From: Tannockella kyphosi
GTDB lineage: Bacteria > Bacillota_I > Bacilli_A > Erysipelotrichales > Coprobacillaceae
DNA: 32,000 bases
NCBI RefSeq assembly: GCF_021054785.1
Contig: NZ_CP088239.1
Coordinates: 1,380,001-1,412,000, forward strand
Direction of reading: 5' to 3'
Shown here: in pieces, positions 8,741-17,821 of the stretch
How positions within the stretch are numbered: the first letter of the stretch is position 1
Layout: every line of letters begins with the position of its first letter
Notes under the pieces: model-generated
Seen by the model: only the letters and a program-made list of their open reading frames with translations
Told to the model about the DNA's origin: nothing
The model's database searches: none
Made by a program: the position numbers and the translations under genes

Positions 8741-10090
8741 TTCTAAATCTTTTCCATTTGTTTCAATAACTTTTTTATACCAATAAAAAGATTTCTTTTT
8801 ATATCGTTTCCCATCTTTTAAATCTTTATCACTACGATTTACATAAATTGTTCCATAACGTTTCGCCATTTCCCCTTGGGAAGATAAAATATCAATTGGT
8901 CCCCACATTAAATATCCACGACAATCCACACCTTCAGCTACTGCTAACTTAATTTGTTCAATATGATATTTCATATAATTTATTCGATCATCATCTTGTA
9001 CTGTTCCATCCACTAATTCATCACGCATCCCAAATCCATTTTCTACTACCGCCACTGGTAAACGATATTTAGCATAAATATCTCTTAGTCCAATACGTAA
9101 TGTGACAGGATCAATTTGCCAACCCCATTCACTAGCTTTTAAATAAGGATTCAATGTTGTTTTTGCATTTCCATTCATTTCTACACTCATTTTGCCATCA
9201 CTAGCAATTGTTGAAAAATAATAAGATAAAGTCAACCAATCACAAGTATTCTTTTTGAATAACTCTAAATCTCCTTCTTGCATTATAGGTAAATTATTTT
9301 CTTTTTGCATTTTAGCATACATATAAGCTGAATATTCACCATATGTAAACATTTCTAAATACATATCATTATTTGTCATTTGATTCATTGCTTCAAGAGC
9401 ATCTAAAGGATTACATGTTGCAGCTAAATGAGGAATATAAATAACCATTCCTAATGCAAGTCCATTTTCTAATGTATGTACTTTTTCTACTACTTTTGCA
9501 TGTGCTACAAAAGTATGATGAACTAATTGATTAATAAACATTTGTTCCTCAACATCTTCAGGACATACTGCTCCATAAGCAGTCTTGCGACTTCCTTTAA
9601 TACCTATTGCATTTTGTTCATTAAATGATATCCATTGTTTGACACGATCCCCATATCTATCAATCATTTTATAGGCATAACTAACAAACATATCTACTAC
9701 TTCTCGACTATAAAAACCATTATATTGTTCCATTAAAGACAAAGGCATTTCAAAATGATATAAAGAACACATTGGTTCCATCCCATGTTTTATCATAGAA
9801 TCAATAAAATCATCATAAAATTGCATACCTTCTTCACTAAAATGAATCCCATCTGGACACACTCTTGACCAATCAATAGAAAAACGATAACTAGTAAATC
9901 CCATTTCTTCAAATAATCCAAAATCTTCATCATAACGATGAAAACTATCTATTCCATCCTTAAAATCAGAATGTTCAGGTTTTGGAAATAAATCACATAC
10001 TGCTGGTTTCTTTCCACAAGCTTCATAAGCACCTTCACTTTGATGTGCAGTTACTGCTCCACCCCAAAAGAAATCTTTTCTTAATACCAT
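8729..10090 (-). CDS. Glycoside hydrolase family 1, 6-phospho-beta-glucosidase-like
   Basis: FFWGGAVTAHQSEGA N-terminus, acid/base NEQN and nucleophile ENG motifs, 453 aa. Confidence 0.9.
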   Translation of the reverse strand: MVLRKDFFWGGAVTAHQSEGAYEACGKKPAVCDLFPKPEHSDFKDGIDSFHRYDEDFGLFEEMGFTSYRFSIDWSRVCPDGIHFSEEGMQFYDDFIDSMIKHGMEPMCSLYHFEMPLSLMEQYNGFYSREVVDMFVSYAYKMIDRYGDRVKQWISFNEQNAIGIKGSRKTAYGAVCPEDVEEQMFINQLVHHTFVAHAKVVEKVHTLENGLALGMVIYIPHLAATCNPLDALEAMNQMTNNDMYLEMFTYGEYSAYMYAKMQKENNLPIMQEGDLELFKKNTCDWLTLSYYFSTIASDGKMSVEMNGNAKTTLNPYLKASEWGWQIDPVTLRIGLRDIYAKYRLPVAVVENGFGMRDELVDGTVQDDDRINYMKYHIEQIKLAVAEGVDCRGYLMWGPIDILSSQGEMAKRYGTIYVNRSDKDLKDGKRYKKKSFYWYKKVIETNGKDLENNL

Positions 10091-10151
10091 TTTATAATCC
10101 CCCTTTATGTTTTTAGTATACTAAGTAAGCTTAATTACTTATTCTTTTTTC

Positions 10152-10182
10152 CTAAAAAGAAAAAGAAGAACAAAATTCTTCT
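10152..10182 (-). terminator. Intrinsic terminator overlapping the leuS stop codon
   Basis: AGAAGAA-TTTTG-TTCTTCT followed by TTTTCTTTTT on the minus strand. Confidence 0.7.
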
Positions 10183-12580
10183 ATCCTTTTACTACAATAT
10201 TTACTATTTTATTTGGTACTACAATAACTTTTACAATTTCTTTTCCATCAACATGTGCTTTAACATTATCTTGTTGGAAAGCAAGATCTTGAATTACTTC
10301 TTTATCTTCACCCATTGCAACAGTAATCGTTGCACGAAGTTTTCCATTTACTTGTACTGCCATATCTACACTATCACTTACTAACATAGCTTCATCATAA
10401 GTAGGCCATGTTTGATAAGTAACGGAATCATCATTTCCTAATAATTGCCACATTTCTTCTCCAATATGAGGAGCAATACAAGCAACCATTTTTACAAGAT
10501 TTTTTGCATAAGGACGATATACTGTTTCTGCTTTATAACATTCATTTACAAAAATCATCATTTGAGAAATAGCTGTATTGAATCCTAATACTGCAAAATC
10601 ATCTGTTACTTTTTTAACTGTTTGGTGATACACTTTATCTAATTTATGATCATTTTCATCACTTAGTTTGTTTGATTCAACCACTAAACGATAAACTCTA
10701 TCTAACCATTTTCTAGCTCCATCTAGTCCATTTGTAGACCAAGGCAAAGCTGCTTCTAAAGGTCCCATAAACATTTCATAAAGACGTAATGCATCTGCTC
10801 CATGACTTTCTACAATATCATCAGGATTTACTACATTTCCTCTAGATTTAGACATTTTTTCATTATTTCCACCTAAAATCATTCCTTGATGGAATAATCT
10901 TTGCCAAGGTTCTTTTGAAGTGACAACACCACAATCATATAAAACCTTATGCCAGAAACGAGAATATAACAAGTGTAATACAGCATGTTCTGCTCCACCA
11001 ACATATAAATCTACTGGTAACCATTTATTAATTAATTCAGGATCACAAATATGATCTTTATTTGTAGGATCAATATAACGAATATAATACCAACAAGATC
11101 CTGCCCATTGAGGCATTGTGTTTGTTTCTCTTCTACCTGCTTGACCGTCTACTTCAACACTCATCCATTCTTCACAATTCGCTAATGGAGATTCTCCAGA
11201 ATCATGTGGTTGGAAGTTTTTAGTAGCTGGTAATTCTAATGGTAATTGATCCACCTGTACTGTACGCATTGATCCATCAGGCATATGTATAATAGGAATT
11301 GGTTCTCCCCAATAACGTTGTCTACTAAATAACCAATCTCTTAATTTATAAGTTATCTTTCTTTCACCACAACTATGTTCACTTAGCCATTCAATCATAC
11401 ATGCAATCGCTACTTCTTTATTCATACCATCTAAGAAAGAAGAATTAATATGTAAACCATCTTGAGTATAAGCAGTTTCACTAATATCTCCACCTTCTAA
11501 CACTTGAATAATATCTAAATTGAATTTTTTAGCAAATTCATAATCACGATCATCATGAGCAGGTACTGCCATAATTGCTCCTGTACCATAACTAACTAAT
11601 ACATAATCAGCAATCCAAATAGGAATTAACTTCCCGTTTACAGGATTTACTGCATAACTACCAGTAAATACACCTGTTTTATCTTTTGATAATTCTGTAC
11701 GTTCTAAATCTGATTTAGAAGCAATTGATTCTTTATAAGCAGCAACTTCTACTTTTTTATCTGCTGTAGTAATTTCTTCTACATAAGGATGTTCTGGTGC
11801 TAAAACACAATAAGTAGCTCCAAATAAAGTATCACAACGAGTTGTAAATACAGTAAAGACCTTATTAGTACCTTCTATTTTAAAATCAACATTAGCTCCT
11901 ATTGATTTACCAATCCAATTACGTTGCATTTGTTTTGTTGCTTCAGGCCAATCTAAATCATCTAAATCATCAATTAATCTTTCTGCATATTCTGTAATTT
12001 TTAATACCCATTGACGCATTGGTTTACGTACAACAGGATGATCTCCACGTTCTGAACGACCATTAATTACTTCTTCATTAGCAAGAACTGCTTTTAATTC
12101 TGGACACCAGTTTACTGGAATCTCATCTACATAAGCTAATCCTTGATCATATAGTTTTGTAAAAATCCATTGTGTCCATTTATAATAATCAGGATCACTT
12201 GTTGCAATTTCACGGTCCCAATCATAAGAAAAACCTAATGATTTAATTTGTTCTCTAAATACATCAATATTCTTTTCTGTAAACTCTGCAGGATGATTCC
12301 CAGTTTGAATGGCATATTGCTCTGCTGGTAATCCAAATGAATCAAATCCCATTGGATGTAATACATTAAAACCTTGCATACGTTTCATTCTTGAAATAAT
12401 GTCAGTTGCAGTATACCCTTCTGGATGTCCTACATGTAATCCATTTCCTGATGGATATGGAAACATATCCACACAATAATACTTTGGTTTGCTATCATCA
12501 TAGCAATCTGTTTGAAACGTTTTATTTTCATCCCAATATTTTTGCCACTTAGGCTCTACTTGTTTATGATCAAACGGCAT
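10181..12580 (-). CDS. leuS: Leucyl-tRNA synthetase
   Basis: 799 aa with HVGHPEGY (HIGH) and KMSKS motifs and a typical LeuRS N-terminus, [16 protein letters not shown]. Confidence 0.97.
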   Translation of the reverse strand: MPFDHKQVEPKWQKYWDENKTFQTDCYDDSKPKYYCVDMFPYPSGNGLHVGHPEGYTATDIISRMKRMQGFNVLHPMGFDSFGLPAEQYAIQTGNHPAEFTEKNIDVFREQIKSLGFSYDWDREIATSDPDYYKWTQWIFTKLYDQGLAYVDEIPVNWCPELKAVLANEEVINGRSERGDHPVVRKPMRQWVLKITEYAERLIDDLDDLDWPEATKQMQRNWIGKSIGANVDFKIEGTNKVFTVFTTRCDTLFGATYCVLAPEHPYVEEITTADKKVEVAAYKESIASKSDLERTELSKDKTGVFTGSYAVNPVNGKLIPIWIADYVLVSYGTGAIMAVPAHDDRDYEFAKKFNLDIIQVLEGGDISETAYTQDGLHINSSFLDGMNKEVAIACMIEWLSEHSCGERKITYKLRDWLFSRQRYWGEPIPIIHMPDGSMRTVQVDQLPLELPATKNFQPHDSGESPLANCEEWMSVEVDGQAGRRETNTMPQWAGSCWYYIRYIDPTNKDHICDPELINKWLPVDLYVGGAEHAVLHLLYSRFWHKVLYDCGVVTSKEPWQRLFHQGMILGGNNEKMSKSRGNVVNPDDIVESHGADALRLYEMFMGPLEAALPWSTNGLDGARKWLDRVYRLVVESNKLSDENDHKLDKVYHQTVKKVTDDFAVLGFNTAISQMMIFVNECYKAETVYRPYAKNLVKMVACIAPHIGEEMWQLLGNDDSVTYQTWPTYDEAMLVSDSVDMAVQVNGKLRATITVAMGEDKEVIQDLAFQQDNVKAHVDGKEIVKVIVVPNKIVNIVVKG

Positions 12581-12595
12581 TCTTTTTTCCTCCTT

Positions 12596-12869
12596 AAAAT
12601 TAAAAAAGTCGTCCTAATCTAAGGACGACTAATGTCGCGATACCACCTTAGTTCAAAGTCGCTAAAAAGACTTTGCACCTCAAAACTTTTAACGCAAGCT
12701 ACACGTCATAAACTACTACATTCATTTATGCATCTCCTAGGCGAGTTCACAAGTTCGTTATATCAGTTTCCACCAACCACTGACTCTCTACATTAACTTA
12801 TCTTCCTACTACTCCTAATCACTGATTTTTAATTCTTAAAAATTATAACATATAATTTCTTGAATGCAA
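12596..12869 (-). promoter_or_regulatory. T-box leader (Leu) with its promoter and a classical terminator/antiterminator
   Basis: Promoter TTGCAT-16-TGTTATAAT (12842-12869). AG-bulge AGAGAG and distal-loop GGTGGAAA. Candidate specifier GAA-CTT-G. T-box core GGTGGTATCGCG (12636-12647). Terminator AGTCGTCC-N8-GGACGACT followed by T6 (12601-12630). Confidence 0.85.
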
Positions 12870-12872
12870 AGG

Positions 12873-13079
12873 CTAATTTAAGGAACTTTTAGCTTCAAAT
12901 TCCTTCACTTTTTCCTCTCTTTGTTTTAATCCTCCACCACAATGAATTTGATCCAATGAACAATGATTATGACAACTTGAACATCTAAAAGCATGTAAAT
13001 ATACTTTTAACTCTTCCCCTTCTATTCCTTCATCAGGCATTCTTTTTCTTTTTATTTTTTCTTTTATTTTCCCAAACAT
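12873..13079 (-). CDS. Small Cys-rich hypothetical protein (68 aa)
   Basis: MFGKIKEKIKRKRMPDEGIEGEELKVYLHAFRCSSCHNHCSLDQIHCGGG... with a CxxCxxxCx6C cluster. AAGGGA RBS lies 7 nt upstream of ATG 13079. The ORF-track start at 13115 is a TTG without an RBS. Confidence 0.5.
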   Translation of the reverse strand: MFGKIKEKIKRKRMPDEGIEGEELKVYLHAFRCSSCHNHCSLDQIHCGGGLKQREEKVKEFEAKSSLN

Positions 13080-13170
13080 AATTTTTTCCCTTTTTTTAAC
13101 TCTAATACGAAACAAGTTAGTTTACAAGATATATGCTCTAAAAGGTCACGTTTAGTGACCTTTTAATAAA

Positions 13171-13473
13171 TTATAATTCTTCTTTAATAATTACTTCCTC
13201 TTCACCACATAAACAATCACTAAATAAGTTTAGTTTAGAACGTAATACTGCTTCTAATTGAGTAATTGTTTTAACCATTGATTCTACAGAAGTATTAATA
13301 GCTACTAATGTTTCTAAATCAACATCTTCCATAGCAACTACTGCTTGAATCTTTTCCCCTTCCGCATTCAATATATGTGATAGGGCAGTTTGTTCTAATG
13401 CTACAGACTCAATAATATCAGTAATCGCCTCATCTCGTGTTAATCCACTACTTACAATAACCGGCATTCCCAT
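13171..13473 (-). CDS. Hypothetical helical protein (100 aa) with '...ALSHILNAEGEKIQ...' module and a C-terminal DCLCGEEE tail
   Basis: GAGGTG RBS lies 9 nt before ATG 13473, whereas the ORF-track start 13485 is a GTG inside that RBS. A weak hairpin lies at 13141-13163 downstream. No family assignment made. Confidence 0.7.
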   Translation of the reverse strand: MGMPVIVSSGLTRDEAITDIIESVALEQTALSHILNAEGEKIQAVVAMEDVDLETLVAINTSVESMVKTITQLEAVLRSKLNLFSDCLCGEEEVIIKEEL

Positions 13474-13573
13474 CTGTTTCTTCACCTCTTTTCTACTATA
13501 CTTTATGCATTTATTTTTAATGTGCCTCTACAAAATGCCTATTTTTGAATAGTATAAAGAGAAAGGAGGAAAC

Positions 13574-14404
13574 ATGGAATTAGTTAATATCATTCATTTT
13601 ACTAAATTACCATCTAACTATCACAAAATTCATTTTTGTTTAGTAGATCATATTTGGTATTTTTCTTATCAAAATAAGTTATATATTTATAATTTTTGTT
13701 TTTGTTTAGTAAATATAATAGAACTTACTCATTCTATAAAAGGATTAACATACTGTTCTTATTGCAATAAATTTTTAATTTATAATGATGGGTATTTATA
13801 TTATTACAACAAGCAAATGATGTTAGAACAAAAAATAAGTTTATCATCTTATATCCATCAATACGGATGTATTCATTCCATTGAATGTGAAGAATGTAAT
13901 AAAATAGTATGTTGTTTCAAAAAACACATTCTTATCATTCATTTAACTCAAGTAGATTATTACCTAGAATTTCCTCAAGAATTAGGTGTTTCCATTTGTA
14001 GCACATCTTGCATTCAAAAAGAACGTTATATTTTATCCTATCATCGAATATATACAAAAAATACAAGTTATCCTAGTTATCACAATTATCAAATTATCAA
14101 TAGTTATGGAAGCAATGAATATTTATATGTTCTAGCATATCATGATTGTCATTATATTCTTTTACAATATCTCCCTTGTAAAAACTACCAAAATCATACA
14201 ATTGCTTGTATTGAAAGTAATATTGCTAGAATATTGGACCAAGAAGCCAATAAAATACAGTATGCTTTAATGAATAAATGTTGTATAAAAGATATTATTT
14301 GTATTAATCATTGTGTAAAGGAAACCATTGATAGTGTTACTAAATTAGAATTAGTACTTATCAAGCGACTAATGACTAGTACAAATAACACACAAGTAGA
14401 TTAA
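13574..14404 (+). CDS. Cys/Tyr/His/Ile-rich hypothetical protein (276 aa); its C-terminus shares the helical module of the 100-aa neighbour
   Basis: Strong RBS AAAGGAGGAAAC-ATG and a clean terminator downstream. 19 Cys by count. N-terminal repeats of the type xLYIYN / YLYYYN suggest a beta-rich fold. An open 831-nt frame in AT-rich DNA is unlikely by chance. Confidence 0.75.
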   Translation: MELVNIIHFTKLPSNYHKIHFCLVDHIWYFSYQNKLYIYNFCFCLVNIIELTHSIKGLTYCSYCNKFLIYNDGYLYYYNKQMMLEQKISLSSYIHQYGCIHSIECEECNKIVCCFKKHILIIHLTQVDYYLEFPQELGVSICSTSCIQKERYILSYHRIYTKNTSYPSYHNYQIINSYGSNEYLYVLAYHDCHYILLQYLPCKNYQNHTIACIESNIARILDQEANKIQYALMNKCCIKDIICINHCVKETIDSVTKLELVLIKRLMTSTNNTQVD

Positions 14405-14445
14405 ATGTATAGGATAACTTCGAATAACAAGTTATTATTGTAAAC

Positions 14446-14476
14446 AAAAAACGAGCACTGCTCGTCTTTTGTTTTT
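14446..14476 (+). terminator. Intrinsic terminator after the 276-aa gene
   Basis: ACGAGC-ACT-GCTCGT followed by CTTTTGTTTTT. Confidence 0.8.
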
Positions 14477-14750
14477 ATTTGGAAAGAATATAATAAAATA
14501 AGCAAGGGATGAAACTTTATTATACTAACCTTCCCTCTAATTTTCCGTATTTTCAATAATCTAGTTATTCACCAATACGAGGGTGATAAAATAATCTCTT
14601 TATTTAGTTATCGTTTGGCTAAATGATAACCATGAAATAATACTATTATTTCCAAGATTATTATTGTTCTTTCGAACTAATTTCACCTTAGCACTATAAA
14701 ATGCTTTTTTCAACCTTTTCGTCACCAATCCTAAAAATTTTCCCATAATA

Positions 14751-14778
14751 AAAAGCTTTTCCATAAGGAAGAGCTTTT
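14751..14778 (-). terminator. Intrinsic terminator ending the P-type ATPase operon
   Basis: 12-bp stem with one mismatch (AAAAGCTCTTCC-TTAT-GGAAAAGCTTTT on the minus strand) running into TTTTTATTAT. Confidence 0.7.
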
Positions 14779-14779
14779 A

Positions 14780-14860
14780 TTATTTATGTTTATAACCTGT
14801 CCACATACACATAATCATTGAAAATACTGCTGCATATGACCAAAATTTATGTTTCTTCAT
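14780..14860 (-). CDS. 26-aa single-TM micropeptide (MKKHKFWSYAAVFSMIMCMWTGYKHK), below the ORF-track cutoff
   Basis: AGGGAG RBS lies 8 nt upstream of the ATG. The ORF starts 14 nt after the ATPase stop and ends 1 nt before the operon terminator. It has a hydrophobic core with Lys-rich ends. Confidence 0.5.
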   Translation of the reverse strand: MKKHKFWSYAAVFSMIMCMWTGYKHK

Positions 14861-14874
14861 TTTTATTTCTCCCT

Positions 14875-16959
14875 TTATTGTTGTATTGGTTTTGTTGCAT
14901 AAGCTGCTATTGCTAAAGTAGAAGAGTTATGTAACCAAGCAGATGTTGTTGCAGGAATAACCCCTAGTAAACCAAGGATAATTAGGACGGTATTAAAAGA
15001 TACAATCATACCATATTGTTGATGAATTTTATCTATTAATCCTGTCGCCAATTTTCTAGCTTCTACAATCTTCATTAAATCATCATGTAAAACGGAAATA
15101 TCAGCTACTTCTCTAGCAATATCAGAAGATCCATTTAGTGTTAGTGATACGTTTGCAGCACTAAGTGCTGGCGCATCATTAATACCATCTCCTACCATTA
15201 ATACTGTTTTTCCACTTGTCTTTAAAGATTCCACAATATTTGCTTTTCCATCTGGTAAAACAGAAGAATAATATTTTTGAATTCCTAATAAATCACAAGT
15301 GTATTTTGCATTTCCTTCACTGTCTCCAGTAATCATAATCACTTCTTGAATACCTACTTCATATAACAAAGAAATCATTTCTTTTGCTTCTTTTCTAGGT
15401 GGATCATTCACACAAACAACCCCTACCAAGATTCCATCTATCGCTAAATAGACAGCACTATCGTTGGCAATCATTTCCGTTAACCATCCCTCTTTTTCAA
15501 TCGGATATGTTACTTTTTCATCATCAAAAACAAAGTGTTTACTACCAATAATAGCTCTTTTATCGTTATAGGTACTTGCAATACCATGGGCTACAATATA
15601 CTCTACTTTCCCATGACTTTCTGGATGTAATAACCCTTTCTCTTTTGCATCAGTGACAATCGCTAATGCAACACTATGTGGAAAATGTTCTTCTAAGCAA
15701 GCTGCTACTTTTAAAATCTCATCTTCATTATATTCATCACTAATAGGAATAATCTTTGATACTTTCGGAAGTGCATTAGTAAGAGTTCCTGTTTTATCAA
15801 AAACAACCGTATCCACTTCTGATAAAATTTCTAAATATTTCCCACCTTTTATTAAAATACTGTTATTGACACTTTCTTTTAGTGCTGAAATGATTGTTAT
15901 CGGTGTTGTTAATTTAATAGCACAAGAAAAATCGACCATCAATACAGTTAGTGCTCTTGTAAAGTTACCAGTCAACGCTAACGTTACTGCAAACATACCA
16001 AAGCTTACTGGTACAATATCATCTGCTAATCTTTCAGCATTGCCTTGAATATTTGCTTTTTCTTTTTCACCTGTATCAATTAGATTTAGAATTTTTGCAA
16101 TTCTAGAATCATTTCTCAAACTTTCTACCATTACATTAATTTCGCCATCTTCTATCACAGTTCCTGCAAACACACTACCATTTGTACTCTTATGTACCGC
16201 TAATGGTTCACCAGTCATTGTTGATTCATTAATAAAAGCATCTCCAGATACAATTGTTCCATCAATTGGTATTAAACTTCCCTGACGTATTTTAATAACA
16301 TCTCCAACTTGTACTTCTTCCATTGGGATTTCTATTTCTACATTATCTTTTACCAACCATACTCGATCAACACTAATCGATAAGCTTTGAGCTAGGGCAT
16401 TTTTAGCACGCATATTCGCATATTCTAATAACATATCCGATAACTGTAATAAAAACATGGTTGAACTTGCTGTTTTATAATTCTTACAACAAAGTGATGT
16501 TCCTATTGCAGTAGCATCTAACACTTCTACATTTAATTTTTGTTCTTTTAGGGAATGTAATCCCATTTTAAAATAGGGAATCGCACGATAACAAGCAAGA
16601 TATCCTCGACAACCAGTAGGAAGAAAAGCTGCTTTTGCAAACTGTTTCACACAGTGTGCCATTACTTTTGTTTTTATTTTTTCCTCTAATTGTTTTGTTT
16701 TTTGCTCTTCATTCCCTTCGCTTTCACTTAAATCATATACTGATAAGTTTGCAAGTAACTCTAATACAGTATTTCTTAAGTCTTGATCACGATATTCAAT
16801 AAGCACTGATCCATTCGCATCATTTACATATGCATTTTCTATTCCATTATAAGAAAGGAGCATGTCGGCCAAAGCAAAACATTGCCCCTTAGAGAAGACA
16901 TATTTCCCAAAACGTAGTCTTAAACGACCAGGCTTATCGCATACTATTTTATATTTCAT
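14875..16959 (-). CDS. P-type (P1B-like) ATPase with a non-canonical membrane metal motif (FSCA) and a Cys-free HMA-like N-domain
   Basis: MTGEPL (TGE), VVFDKTGTLT, MITGD and GDGINDAPAL are present. The TM segment MVDFSCAIKLTTP aligns by eye to xxCPCALGLATP of CopA. N-terminus is MKYKIVCDKPGRLRLRF... Confidence 0.9.
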   Translation of the reverse strand: MKYKIVCDKPGRLRLRFGKYVFSKGQCFALADMLLSYNGIENAYVNDANGSVLIEYRDQDLRNTVLELLANLSVYDLSESEGNEEQKTKQLEEKIKTKVMAHCVKQFAKAAFLPTGCRGYLACYRAIPYFKMGLHSLKEQKLNVEVLDATAIGTSLCCKNYKTASSTMFLLQLSDMLLEYANMRAKNALAQSLSISVDRVWLVKDNVEIEIPMEEVQVGDVIKIRQGSLIPIDGTIVSGDAFINESTMTGEPLAVHKSTNGSVFAGTVIEDGEINVMVESLRNDSRIAKILNLIDTGEKEKANIQGNAERLADDIVPVSFGMFAVTLALTGNFTRALTVLMVDFSCAIKLTTPITIISALKESVNNSILIKGGKYLEILSEVDTVVFDKTGTLTNALPKVSKIIPISDEYNEDEILKVAACLEEHFPHSVALAIVTDAKEKGLLHPESHGKVEYIVAHGIASTYNDKRAIIGSKHFVFDDEKVTYPIEKEGWLTEMIANDSAVYLAIDGILVGVVCVNDPPRKEAKEMISLLYEVGIQEVIMITGDSEGNAKYTCDLLGIQKYYSSVLPDGKANIVESLKTSGKTVLMVGDGINDAPALSAANVSLTLNGSSDIAREVADISVLHDDLMKIVEARKLATGLIDKIHQQYGMIVSFNTVLIILGLLGVIPATTSAWLHNSSTLAIAAYATKPIQQ

Positions 16960-16983
16960 ATGCTTTTCCTCATTATCTATTTG

Positions 16984-17226
16984 TTATTCACCACAATCAC
17001 AATCTTTTTTTGCTAATGCTTTTGCTTCATTACAAATTTCTTCTGCTTCTTCACGTAAGTTTGTTACTTCTTCCATCACTGTATCTTTTAAAATAATTCC
17101 TTGAGCAATCCCTTGTACTGTTAATTCACGAGCTTTTTTTGTTTTAGCTACTTGTAGACCAGCAATACCTGCCACTACTCCACCTAAAAATAAAGCTACT
17201 TTTTCTTCTTTAAAAAAACCAAACAT
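16984..17226 (-). CDS. 80-aa membrane-anchored helical protein ending in DCDCGE (first gene of the ATPase operon)
   Basis: AAGGAGG RBS before ATG 17226. Sequence MFGFFKEEKVALFLGGVVAGIAGLQVAK... has a TM helix, then an amphipathic helix, then the C-terminal KKDCDCGE. Candidate promoter TTGTAC-17-TAAAAT lies upstream. Confidence 0.7.
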   Translation of the reverse strand: MFGFFKEEKVALFLGGVVAGIAGLQVAKTKKARELTVQGIAQGIILKDTVMEEVTNLREEAEEICNEAKALAKKDCDCGE

Positions 17227-17331
17227 ATCTAAATACCTCCTTTTTTTCTTTAATGATACCATTTTAACAACCTAAAAACAAGCGTACAAAAAAAGCTTTT
17301 TATAAGTGTTTTCTTACAAAAAGCTAATTTA

Positions 17332-17742
17332 CTAAGCTAATTTTTTACCTAATTCAAAACATTCAACTTGTGATAGTTCATCAGGTTCATCATTACAAAT
17401 AAATGTGTCTACTAAAGTTGCTGAACAATCTTGTTTCCAATCATCCATCCATTCTCCAGAACCCCATCCATAAGATCCAAATAAAACTACTTTCTTTGTT
17501 CCAAGTGATCCTTTCACAGAATCCCACATTGGTTGAAAATCACACTCTTCTAGATTTTCAGCTCCCATTGATGGACAACCAAACGCATAAGCATCATAAT
17601 TAGCACATGCTTCTTCCTTGAAATCTACCGCTTGAATTGAATCAACTTCAAAGCCAGCTTCAACAGCACCTTTCGCTACAAATTCCGCCATTTTTTCTGT
17701 ATTACCAGTCCCACTCCAATAAACTACTGCTACTTTACTCAT
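17332..17742 (-). CDS. Short-chain flavodoxin
   Basis: MSKVAVVYWSGTGNTEKMA... is the FMN phosphate-binding loop. The start is placed at ATG 17742 because the ORF-track ATG 17748 abuts the GGAGG. Confidence 0.9.
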   Translation of the reverse strand: MSKVAVVYWSGTGNTEKMAEFVAKGAVEAGFEVDSIQAVDFKEEACANYDAYAFGCPSMGAENLEECDFQPMWDSVKGSLGTKKVVLFGSYGWGSGEWMDDWKQDCSATLVDTFICNDEPDELSQVECFELGKKLA

Positions 17743-17765
17743 AAACATCCTCCTTTTTAGTTATG

Positions 17766-17797
17766 GTTAGCCAACACTAACTAAATCCATTTTACCA
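17766..17797 (-). promoter_or_regulatory. Extended -10 promoter (TGGTAAAAT) followed by palindromic operator GTTAGCCAACACTAAC (site B)
   Basis: -10 at 17789-17794 and palindrome at 17766-17781, lying between the -10 and the flavodoxin RBS. Confidence 0.55.
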
Positions 17798-17821
17798 TGA
17801 TATCGCACATCTTACTAGTGA

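Noticed and set aside
8729-10090. GH1 6-phospho-beta-glucosidase as part of a sugar-utilisation island
   Set aside because: There is no PTS component, no BglG/LicT-type antiterminator, no RAT sequence and no regulator nearby. It looks like a solitary housekeeping-context gene.
13486-13573. Sporulation-sigma reading of the divergent promoter region (CATAAAGTA on the minus strand)
   Set aside because: The -10 fits CATAnnnTA, but the AC -35 element is only 14 nt away rather than 16-17. No sporulation genes are present in the window to support it. It is mentioned only as a weak hint inside the cluster finding.
14600-14746. 48-aa minus-strand ORF (MGKFLGLVTKRLKKAFYSAKV...) downstream of the ATPase operon
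   Set aside because: It has no RBS, its ATG lies immediately after the operon terminator hairpin, and it has no recognisable features. It is treated as non-coding.
13171-17226. Recurrence of a C-terminal D-C-x-C-G-E motif (DCLCGEEE in the 100-aa protein, DCDCGE in the 80-aa ATPase-operon protein)
   Set aside because: A six-residue match between otherwise dissimilar proteins is too short to claim homology. It is noted only as a possible shared metal-binding tail.
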